NCBI GenBank assembly: GCA_963826525.1
Contig: CAWGXH010000003.1
Span: 544,001-608,000 of the forward strand
Source: an uncultured Methanomicrobiaceae archaeon
GTDB lineage: Archaea; Halobacteriota; Methanomicrobia; Methanomicrobiales; Methanoculleaceae
DNA: 64,000 nt
Direction of reading: 5' to 3'
The notes beneath the pieces are model-generated. The model was not told the DNA's origin. It saw only the letters and a program-made list of their open reading frames with translations, and made no database searches. Position numbers and translations under genes: made by a program. Positions 20,317 to 28,765 of the stretch are shown here, one piece after another. The number at the start of each line of letters is the position of its first letter. Position 1 is the stretch's first letter.

Positions 20317-21723
20317 TTACGAACCGCCGCTCGTTCTCTCTTTCAACAGATGCCGCCGCACAAGGTAGAGAGCGAGAATGACCGCAACGATGACCAGCCC
20401 TTCCGAGACGAGCAGCGCGGTCCGGAACCCCGCGACGACGGCAGCGGGGCTGGAACCGAGGGACAACACCACCGTTACCGCTATCACGCTTGCGACGCTC
20501 ACCCCGATCGCCGCACCGATCTGCTGGGACGTCGTGAGCAGACCGGCCGCAAGGCCCTGGCGTCCCGGCTCCACGCCGGTCGTTCCGGCAATATTCAGGG
20601 AGACGACCGCCGAGACAAGACCCAGCGCAGCGACGTAGTACGAGAGCATCAGCAGCACCAGCGAACTATCCGTACTGATGGCTGCAAGACCGGAGACGCC
20701 GATGCCGAAGAGGGCGAGCCCGATCGCCAGCATGGCCCGGAAACCGATCCGCCCGATGATGCGGGGAGCGACGGTTGCGCCGGTGAGGCCTCCGAGACCC
20801 GCAGGCAGGAAGATCAGACCGGTCTCAAGGGCGGAAAACCCTCGCACCTCCTGGAGGTAGAGGGTGATGATGAATACCAGAGCGGCGTTCGCCGCGAAGG
20901 TCAGGAACATGACCAGATCGGCGACGAAGATCGTCCGCCGCCGGAAGATATCCAGGGGGACGAGGGGGATGCAGACCTTCTGCTCCACGTAGAGGAAACT
21001 GGCCCCGAGGATCACCGATAGGATGAGGAGTCCCGCCACCTCCAGGTACGGTTCGCCGGGGACCAGATCCGGGTGATCGCGTAGATGACGGTGATGACGG
21101 ATGCGGTCACCAGCGCCGCACCCGTCACATCGAACCCCCCCTTCTGCTGGTTCTTCGGAAGGACGGGGATCATGAGATAGCCGCCGACGAAGACCAGCAG
21201 ACCGATGGGGACATTGACGAAGAAGACCCAGTGCCACGAGAGGGTGCTCGTAAGAATCCCTCCCAGAATCACGCCGGTGGTGAAACCGATCGCGGCCATC
21301 GAGTCTGAAGATGCCGAGCGCCCAGTTTCGCTCGCTCCCCTCCGCAAACGTCGTGGTGACGAGGGAGAGTGCGGAGGGGGCGAGCATGGCCGCCCCGATG
21401 CCCTGTGCTGCACGGGAGATGAAGATCACGACCGCGGAGGGGGCGAAGCCTCCGACCAGCGACGCTGCGGAAAAAACGATCAGACCCGCCAGGAACACCC
21501 TTTTTCTGCCGAAAATGTCGGAGCCCCTCCCCATCAGAAGCAGAAAACCGCCGAACGTCAGGGCATAGGCACTCACCACCCACTGCAGCGAGGTAGGGGC
21601 CAGCTGGAACTGGGACTGGATCGAGGGAAGTGCGACGTTGACGATAGAGAAGTCGAGGACGATCATGAGCTGGGCAAGGGAGAGCAGAATGAGAATTACA
21701 GTCGAGGTCTGCGATCGGCCCAT
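20317..21723 (-). CDS. MFS drug:H+ antiporter (DHA2, 14-TM), copy 1, with two compensating frameshifts
   Basis: LDFSIVNVALPSI, YALTFGGFLLL and GRxSDxFGRKR; about 80 codons out of frame between about 21303 and 21062 relative to copy 2. Confidence 0.88.
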   Translation of the reverse strand: MGRSQTSTVILILLSLAQLMIVLDFSIVNVALPSIQSQFQLAPTSLQWVVSAYALTFGGFLLLMGRGSDIFGRKRVFLAGLIVFSAASLVGGFAPSAVVIFISRAAQGIGAAMLAPSALSLVTTTFAEGSERNWALGIFRLDGRDRFHHRRDSGRDSYEHPLVALGLLRQCPHRSAGLRRRLSHDPRPSEEPAEGGVRCDGCGAGDRIRHHRHLRDHPDLVPGEPYLEVAGLLILSVILGASFLYVEQKVCIPLVPLDIFRRRTIFVADLVMFLTFAANAALVFIITLYLQEVRGFSALETGLIFLPAGLGGLTGATVAPRIIGRIGFRAMLAIGLALFGIGVSGLAAISTDSSLVLLMLSYYVAALGLVSAVVSLNIAGTTGVEPGRQGLAAGLLTTSQQIGAAIGVSVASVIAVTVVLSLGSSPAAVVAGFRTALLVSEGLVIVAVILALYLVRRHLLKERTSGGS

Positions 21724-21904
21724 CTTCCCACCATCCCCGGGACGGCAACCATGAATGGGTGGGAGGTATATATGGGTGATGCACGGGATGCGTCTCTTCC
21801 GGGAGCAGCCCCCGGAAACGTCACGCCTGTGCGGAGGCCGGGACTCTTCCGCATCTCCGCACCCGTCGACCCGCCGGTATATACCCTCGCGATCATCTCC
21901 GGGT

Positions 21905-22504
21905 ATGACGCTTCCGCGGGAGTTCTACGAACGGGATGCGGTGACGGTCGCGAAAGACCTGCTCGGAAAGACGCTCGTGCATGAAACGCCGGAAGGAACC
22001 GCGAGCGGCAGGCTCGTCGAGACCGAGGCATACAAAGGCCCGGAGGACAGAGCGCCGCATGCCTTCGGCAATCGCCGGACGGAACGAACGGAGGTTCTGT
22101 TCGGGCCTAAAGGGCATGCCTACGTCTACCGGATCCACGGAACGTACTTCTGCTTCGACGTCACCAGCGGAAGCGTCCCCGGAAAACCGGAAGCCGTTCT
22201 GGTGAGGGCGATAGAACCCGTCACGGGCGTGGCGCTCATGGCGGAGCGCCGGGGAATGCGCGGAGCACCGGCACCCGGTCTCGCCAGCGGTCCGGGCAGG
22301 GTCTGCATGGCTCTGGGTATTTCGAAGCGGCAGAACGGCGCCGATGTCTGCACGTCGTCTCTGCAGATCGCTCCCGGGACCGCCGTGGACGAACGGGAGA
22401 TCGTGCAGGCACAGCGGATCAATATCGACTATGCCGGCAGGTGGAAAGACTGCCCGTGGCGATTCCTGATCGGGGCGAGCGGGTATGTCTCGAGGAAGGC
22501 CTGA
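21905..22504 (+). CDS. mpg: DNA-3-methyladenine glycosylase (Mpg/AAG family), copy 1
   Basis: GRLVETEAY, GHAYVY, AVLVRAIEP, SGPGRVC and PWRF motifs. Confidence 0.92.
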   Translation: MTLPREFYERDAVTVAKDLLGKTLVHETPEGTASGRLVETEAYKGPEDRAPHAFGNRRTERTEVLFGPKGHAYVYRIHGTYFCFDVTSGSVPGKPEAVLVRAIEPVTGVALMAERRGMRGAPAPGLASGPGRVCMALGISKRQNGADVCTSSLQIAPGTAVDEREIVQAQRINIDYAGRWKDCPWRFLIGASGYVSRKA

Positions 22505-22845
22505 TGCGGCTCCGCGAATCCCGGCCTGCAGCAGAAACGAGAGTCGTCGGTTTGCCTGGTTGAGAACGCAGGAGAGGCATTCCGGGCAGGTGACCGCATG
22601 GCCGGCGACTCGACCGGGACCCGGAGACGATCGTTCTCCCGAATTCGGGCGTATCCGTCCATGAGAGATTGCAGCCTTGTGGGCGATGAGTGTTGTTATT
22701 TGGGTTTCATCGGTTGCAGGTTCGGGAGCGGAAGAGATCTTCCCGGAATTATCGTCGGAGATGGCCTGCCAGCCCAGCCGGGCGAGCATTTCCCCGTCGC
22801 CGCCTACCAATACCTTTTAACCGTTCTCACGAGAACATTTCACCA

Positions 22846-24264
22846 ATGGATGACCGATCCGACCCTCTATCCCGCCGCATCTTCAGAAAGAAATCCATCC
22901 GGCAGCTGATGGAGAGTGCGGAAGGAGAGCATGCTCTGAAGCGGGTACTGAACCCGTTCGAACTCATTCTCTTCGGCATCGGAGCCGTTGTCGGGACGGG
23001 TATCTTCGTGATCACGGGGGTTGCCGCGGCGGACTACGCGGGGCCTGCGCTCGTCGTCTCGTTTATCATCTCGGGTATCGTCTGCCTCTTCGCCGCCCTC
23101 TGCTATGCGGAGTTCGCAGCGATGGTGCCGGTTGCAGGGAGCGCCTACACCTACAGTTACGCATCCCTCGGGGAGATCTGGGCCTGGATCATCGGGTGGG
23201 ACCTCTTCCTCGAATACTCGGTTGCCGTTGCCGCCGTCGCCATCGGCTGGTCGGGCTACGTCGTCAACCTCTTCCGGGAGCTCGGGATAACGCTCCCTGC
23301 CGCCCTGGTGAACCCCCCGGGGGTCGAGGGCGGGCTCGTAAACCTCCCCGCGATCCTGATCATCGCCGCGGTCACCGGCCTGCTCATCCTCGGAGTGAAG
23401 GAGAGCGCCCGGGTAAATACCGTCATCGTCATGATCAAAGTAGCGGTCATCCTCCTGTTCCTGTACCTGGGGTTCAGCCACATCGACCCGGCGAACTGGA
23501 ACCCATTTCTGCCCTTCGGGTGGGGCGGCGTCGTCACCGGGGCGGCCATCATCTTCTTCGCCTATATCGGATTCGATGCGGTCTCCACCACGGCCGAGGA
23601 GGTCAGAAACCCCCAGCGGGATCTCCCGATCGGGCTTTTGGGCTCGCTGCTCATCGCCACGGTACTCTACGTCGCGGTCGCCCTGGTGCTCACCGGCATC
23701 GTTCCCTACTCCACGTTGAACGTCCCCGCACCGGTCTCCTTCGCCCTCGACCAGATCGGCATCCCCTGGGGAGGAGCGCTCGTCTCCGTCGGGGCGCTCC
23801 TCGGGATCACCTCGGTGCTGCTCGTGCTCCTCTTCGGCCAGACCCGGATCTTCTTCGCCATGTCCCGCGACGGACTGCTTCCCCGGGCTTTCCGGAAGGT
23901 GCACCCGGTCTATCGGACGCCGGTGAACGTCACCCTGCTCGTCGGGCTGATCACCGCCGTCATCAGCAGTCTCCTCCCCCTGGAATCGGTTGCGGAACTG
24001 GTCAACATCGGAACACTCGCCGCGTTCATCATCGTCTCGGCCGGCGTCATCGTGCTGCGGCATACCAATCCCGACACGCCCCGGCCCTTCCGCGTCCCGC
24101 TCGTCCCGCTCATCCCGCTCCTGACCATCGTCTTCTGCGGCTACCTCATCCTCGCCCTGCCGACCGTCACGCATCTCCGGTTCGTGATATGGCTCCTGAT
24201 CGGACTGGTCGTCTATTTCGCCTACGCACATCGCAGGAGTGTCCTGGCGGAAGGTGCTGCATGA
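22846..24264 (+). CDS. APC-family amino acid permease
   Basis: GIGAVVGTGIF, LCYAEFA, GSAYTY, FAYIGFD and EEVRNPQRDLP. Confidence 0.93.
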   Translation: MDDRSDPLSRRIFRKKSIRQLMESAEGEHALKRVLNPFELILFGIGAVVGTGIFVITGVAAADYAGPALVVSFIISGIVCLFAALCYAEFAAMVPVAGSAYTYSYASLGEIWAWIIGWDLFLEYSVAVAAVAIGWSGYVVNLFRELGITLPAALVNPPGVEGGLVNLPAILIIAAVTGLLILGVKESARVNTVIVMIKVAVILLFLYLGFSHIDPANWNPFLPFGWGGVVTGAAIIFFAYIGFDAVSTTAEEVRNPQRDLPIGLLGSLLIATVLYVAVALVLTGIVPYSTLNVPAPVSFALDQIGIPWGGALVSVGALLGITSVLLVLLFGQTRIFFAMSRDGLLPRAFRKVHPVYRTPVNVTLLVGLITAVISSLLPLESVAELVNIGTLAAFIIVSAGVIVLRHTNPDTPRPFRVPLVPLIPLLTIVFCGYLILALPTVTHLRFVIWLLIGLVVYFAYAHRRSVLAEGAA

Positions 24265-24348
24265 GAGGGCGGAAGAGCGGTATGTATCATTGGTTCATGC
24301 CCCTTTTTGACGATAGGATGAGACCTGTAATGCAGTGATACTCTTAGA

Positions 24349-24969
24349 ATGACAGAAGATATGCGAAAAACATGTGCCCGGGAACTGCGGAGTTTCTCCC
24401 GCCTCTCCGTCGCAAACATCGTCTTCGCCGCAATGGCGATGGCCTTCGGCGTGAGCGGGGCCGTCACCGGCATCACCGCCATGGTCGGTGCCGGAGAAAT
24501 CATCCCCGTTTCGTTCGTCTCTCTCCTGCTCGGGGGAGCTGCGTTCGTCGTCGGGATCCGCTGGATCCGGGAGAGCGCCCGGGTCCTGCACGATAGCAGC
24601 GATCTCCGGAGAGAGGCCAGGACGCTGGACGCGAGCAGCGACGAGGACGTCCTGCGGATCATGATCGGGATGATGGGGGTCTACCGCGACCGGAGGGTAA
24701 CCGTGGAGCGGATGATCCTGATCGCGAAGGTCGGCGGGGCCGTATTCCTGGGTCTCGGCGTATCGGACCTGGTCACCGCTCTCGGCGGCGCTCACGACCC
24801 CGTCGTCCTGTACGGGGGTTTCGTCGCCGCGGTGCTGAACATCGTCATCGGCGTCGCAGCGCTCCGCGTGTCCCTCCTCGTCGGGAGATACCGTGCCGCG
24901 TGGGAAGCGCGCCTCCGAGAGAGTGCGAAGGCAGAGGCCGCATTGACCGCGACGATGGAGCAGGATTGA
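24349..24969 (+). CDS. Hypothetical 4-TM membrane protein
   Basis: Four hydrophobic segments; stop codon is 1 nt from the next gene's start. Confidence 0.7.
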   Translation: MTEDMRKTCARELRSFSRLSVANIVFAAMAMAFGVSGAVTGITAMVGAGEIIPVSFVSLLLGGAAFVVGIRWIRESARVLHDSSDLRREARTLDASSDEDVLRIMIGMMGVYRDRRVTVERMILIAKVGGAVFLGLGVSDLVTALGGAHDPVVLYGGFVAAVLNIVIGVAALRVSLLVGRYRAAWEARLRESAKAEAALTATMEQD

Positions 24970-24970
24970 G

Positions 24971-25246
24971 ATGCGGGGCAGAAGGACACCCTACGAGATC
25001 TACTGGGAGATCCTCGTCTTCTGCAGGACGCCGCGGCTCTTTACGACGATCATCAATCGCTGCGACCTCAACTCCCGGCTGGGGCAGGAGTACCTCGCTT
25101 TCCTGACCGGGAAAGGCTACCTTGCGGTCGTCCGGGATGGCGAGAAGACCCTCTACAGGGCCACGGATCGGGCAGAGGAGTATCTCACCCAGTTCTCCAC
25201 GCTGTATAAGACGTTATTCGACGAGAATCCGGGGTTCAAACTGTAG
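24971..25246 (+). CDS. Archaeal winged helix-turn-helix regulator
   Basis: RRT.YEI..EIL..C......T.I...CDLNS......YL..L...G.L......Y..T pattern. Confidence 0.8.
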   Translation: MRGRRTPYEIYWEILVFCRTPRLFTTIINRCDLNSRLGQEYLAFLTGKGYLAVVRDGEKTLYRATDRAEEYLTQFSTLYKTLFDENPGFKL

Positions 25247-25339
25247 GCCGTTCTCTTTTTCTTCGTCTCCCGGAAAGGCGAAGACATGATCCGGGATCTG
25301 CGGTGCCGGTCCGGCGGGAAAAAATTGAGTTGGGATCGG

Positions 25340-26104
25340 TCACATTATGGGTGTAGCGTTCGGCGGCACGACGTACCAGGTGCCGTTGAACTGGAATAAA
25401 GCCTGCCCGACCGTTTCGCCCGGTTTCGTATCGCCGATGTAGGTATAGAGGGGCATCCCGTTATACGCGGTCTGCATCGCTCCGTCCGACCGCGTGAACG
25501 ACGTGAAGTTGTCCGGAGAGAGGTCCGACGGCGCGACGATCGACTGGGCGTAGAACGGTGGCCACAGCGCGAGACATCCACCCGTGCAGTTGCTCATGTC
25601 CTTGGATCGATGGTGAAATTATACAGGGTTGTTCCGTTGCTCATGGCGAGATAAGGTCCGAGCGTGCCGTTGTCCATGATCATCACGGTATAGTTCGGCT
25701 TCATCACGTACCAGATGCCCAGGAACCCGTTACCATTGGTCTCGCCGGCCTGAGTGTCGTTGTTGAAGGTGTATAGCGGCCAGCCCTGGTAGGCCGTCTG
25801 CGCACCGTTTGACGTGTTGATCGTGGCGAAATCGGATGCATTCAGGGGAGGACTGACATTGATCTGCCCTGCGTTGAACGGCGTCCACAGCCCGAGACAC
25901 TGCGGGGACGTGCAGGCGCTCGAATTGTTGCCCGGGACGTCCCGTGCGAAATACGTACAGCGTCATCCCGCTCTCATTGACCAGGTATGAACCCAGCGTG
26001 GTATTCGACGACACCTGCACGGTCGCCGCCGATGCCGACGCAGCCAGACTCAGGACAAAGAGCGCCGCGACGACGGCACAGATAATAATCCGTATGTTCT
26101 TCAT
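25340..26104 (-). CDS. Secreted Yx(FWY)xxD-repeat protein (COG4315-like), frameshifted
   Basis: Signal peptide; GMTLY, C...WPPF and QTAYNGMPLYTYIGD..PG...GQ.....WYV repeats over three frames. Confidence 0.8.
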
Positions 26105-26255
26105 ACTGCTCCACCTCCTTAGGGGCGAGGGGCACCATACCGATATGGGTATAAATACTTTTATATCGATTCAAAAATACTCCCTGATCGGCCGGAATAC
26201 GGCGATATCCTGGTGTTCCTTGAGTTTTCTGTCGGGGGCCATGAAATGCGGCCAC

Positions 26256-27662
26256 TCACGAGCCGCTGCTCGTTCTCTCTTTCACCAGGTGCCGCCGAAC
26301 AAGGTAGAGAGCGAGGATGACGGCAACGACGATCAGCCCCTCCGAGACGAGCAGCGCAGTCCGATACGCCGCGACCGTCGCCGCGGGGCTTCTGCCGAGG
26401 GAGAGCACCACGGTCACCGCCACCACGCTTGCGACGCTCACCCCGATTGCCGCGCCGATCTGCTGGGATGTCGTCAGCAGGCCGGCCGCAAGCCCCTGGC
26501 GCCCCGGCTCCACGCCGGTCGTCCCGGCAAGATTCAGGGAGACAACCGCCGAGACGAGACCCAGTGCAGCGACGTAGTAGGAGATCATCAGTACCACCAG
26601 CGAACTATCGAGACCGATGGTGGTAAGGCCGACGATGCCGATGCCGAAGAGGGCGAGCCCGATCGCCAGCATGGCCCTAAAACCGATCTTCCCGATGATG
26701 CGGGGAGCGATGGTTGCACCGGTGAGGCCTCCGAGACCCGCGGGCAGGAAGATCAGGCCGGTCACGATGGCGGAAAACCCTCTCACCTCCTGGAGGTAGA
26801 GGGTGATGATGAATACCAGGGCGGCGTTCGCCGCGAAGGTCAGGAACATGACCAGATCGGCGACGAAGATCGTCCGCCGCCGAAAGATATCCAGGGGGAC
26901 GAGGGGGATGCAGACCCTCCGCTCCACGTAGAGGAAACTGGCCCCGAGGATTACCGAAAGGATGAGGAGTCCCGCCACCTCCGGATACGGTTCGCCGGGG
27001 ACCGTGATCCGGGTGATCGCGTAGATGACGGTGATCACGGATGCGGTCACCAGCGCCGCACCCGTCACGTCGAAGCCTCCCTTCTGCCGGTTCTTCGGGG
27101 GGACGGGGATCATGAGATACCCGCCGACGAAGACCAGCAGACCGATGGGGACATTGACGAAGAAGACCCAGTGCCACGAGAGGAGACTGGTCAGAATTCC
27201 TCCCAGGATCACGCCGGTGGTAAAGCCGATCGCGGCCATCGAACTGAAGATGCCGAGCGCCCAGTTCCGCTCGCTCCCCTCCGCAAACGTCGTGGTAACG
27301 AGGGAGAGTGCGGAGGGAGCGAGCATGGCCGCCCCGATGCCCTGTGCTGCACGGGAGCTGAATATCACGACTGCCGAGGGAGCGAAGCCTCCGATCAGCG
27401 ACGCTGCGGAAAAAACGATCAGGCCGGCCAGAAATATTCTTTTTCTGCCGAAGAGATCGGAGCCCCGCCCCATCAGAAGCAGAAAACCGCCGAAGGTCAG
27501 GGCATACGCGCTCACCACCCACTGCAGCGCGGTAGGGGCCAGCTGGAACTGGGACTGGATCGAGGGAAGTGCGACGTTGACGACAGAGAAGTCGAGGACG
27601 ATCATGAGCTGGGCCAGGGAGAGCAGGATGAGGATCAGAAGCGATGTCTGTGATCGGGCCAT
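26256..27662 (-). CDS. MFS drug:H+ antiporter (DHA2), copy 2, intact
   Basis: 468 aa from ATG 27662; same motifs as copy 1 plus WHWVFFVNVPIG. Confidence 0.92.
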   Translation of the reverse strand: MARSQTSLLILILLSLAQLMIVLDFSVVNVALPSIQSQFQLAPTALQWVVSAYALTFGGFLLLMGRGSDLFGRKRIFLAGLIVFSAASLIGGFAPSAVVIFSSRAAQGIGAAMLAPSALSLVTTTFAEGSERNWALGIFSSMAAIGFTTGVILGGILTSLLSWHWVFFVNVPIGLLVFVGGYLMIPVPPKNRQKGGFDVTGAALVTASVITVIYAITRITVPGEPYPEVAGLLILSVILGASFLYVERRVCIPLVPLDIFRRRTIFVADLVMFLTFAANAALVFIITLYLQEVRGFSAIVTGLIFLPAGLGGLTGATIAPRIIGKIGFRAMLAIGLALFGIGIVGLTTIGLDSSLVVLMISYYVAALGLVSAVVSLNLAGTTGVEPGRQGLAAGLLTTSQQIGAAIGVSVASVVAVTVVLSLGRSPAATVAAYRTALLVSEGLIVVAVILALYLVRRHLVKERTSSGS

Positions 27663-27785
27663 CTTCCCACCGTCCGCGAGACGGCAACCATGAACGGTCG
27701 GTGGGTATATAAGAATGATGCACGGGGTGCACCTCTCTTCGTAGCAGGCGGTGAATCCCGGCCGTATTCTTCGCGGTGATACGAT

Positions 27786-28010
27786 GGCGGGGTCGGGTTC
27801 GGCGCCACGTTTCAGGGAGCGGTCTCCATCATCAACAGGATCGCCCCTTCCGAGCGCAGGGGCGATACGACGTCGTCGTTCTACGCCGTCTCCTACCTGG
27901 CCATCGGGGTTCCGATCATCGTTCTCGGCCTGCTGGCACAGTCCTTCAATCTTCCTGCCGCCGATATCGTCTGGATCGCCCGTATGCGTTCGGCGTTCGA
28001 GGAGGGATGA
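27786..28010 (+). pseudogene. C-terminal fragment of an unrelated MFS transporter
   Basis: Start-less frame GGVGFGATFQGAVSIINRIAPSERRGDTTSSFYAVSYLAIGVPIIVLGLLA...TGA; not present in the ORF track. Confidence 0.65.
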
Positions 28011-28069
28011 TGCCGGCGACGGCCGGGAGATCGGCCCGCCATTATATAGCCGTGCGACCATCTCCGGGT

Positions 28070-28670
28070 ATGACGCTTCCGAGGGAGTTCTACGAACGGG
28101 ATGTCGTGAAGGTCGCGAAGGAGCTGCTGGGAAAGATGCTCGTGCACGAGACGCCCGAAGGAACCGCAGGCGGCAGAATCGTCGAGACGGAGGCATACGC
28201 TGGTCCCGATGACCGGGCATCGCACGCCTTCGGCAATCGCCGGACAGAACGAACGGAGGTTCTGTTCGGGCCGAAAGGGCATGCCTACGTCTACCGGATC
28301 CACGGAAAGTACTTCTGTTTCGATGTCACGAGCGGAAGCGTTCCCGGAAAACCGGAAGCCGTTCTGGTGAGGGCGATAGAACCCGTAACGGGCGTGGAAC
28401 TCATGGCGGAACGCCGGGGAATGCATGGAGCGCCGGCACCCGGGCTTGCCAACGGTCCGGGAAAGGTCTGCATGGCCCTGGGTATCTCGGGGAGGCAGAA
28501 CGGCGCCGACGTCTGCACGTCGTCTCTGCACGTCGATACCGGGACCGCCGTGGACGAAAGCGTTATCGTGCAGGCAAGACGGGTCAATGTCGACTATGCC
28601 GGCAGGTGGAAAGACTGCCCCTGGCGGTTCCTGATCGGCACCAGCGAGTACAGTCTCGAGGAAGGCCTGA
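28070..28670 (+). CDS. mpg: DNA-3-methyladenine glycosylase, copy 2 (extra A near 28652 extends the ORF to 28720)
   Basis: Same motifs as copy 1; homologous stop TGA at 28668-28670. Confidence 0.9.
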
Positions 28671-28765
28671 TGCCCCCCGAATCATTGTTCTCCGGCGGCA
28701 GCCGTGAGAAACCGGTGTAAGGTGTGAGAGCCCGCATGAGAAGCGATCGAGTGCAGAAGGGACCG

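Larger units (their letters stand above)
20317..22504. repeat. MFS/mpg cassette, copy 1 of a diverged direct duplication
   Basis: Collinear, highly similar DNA to 26256..28670; both MFS genes span 1407 nt. Confidence 0.9.
26256..28670. repeat. MFS/mpg cassette, copy 2
   Basis: Direct diverged repeat of 20317..22504 with a longer intergenic region. Confidence 0.9.

Noticed and set aside
27663-28220. N-terminal extension making MFS copy 2 a 654-aa protein
   Set aside because: Copy 1 defines the start at 27662; the extension is low-complexity and overlaps mpg.
20317-28670. Composite transposon or assembly duplication
   Set aside because: No transposase or terminal inverted repeats seen; the copies differ at many synonymous sites.
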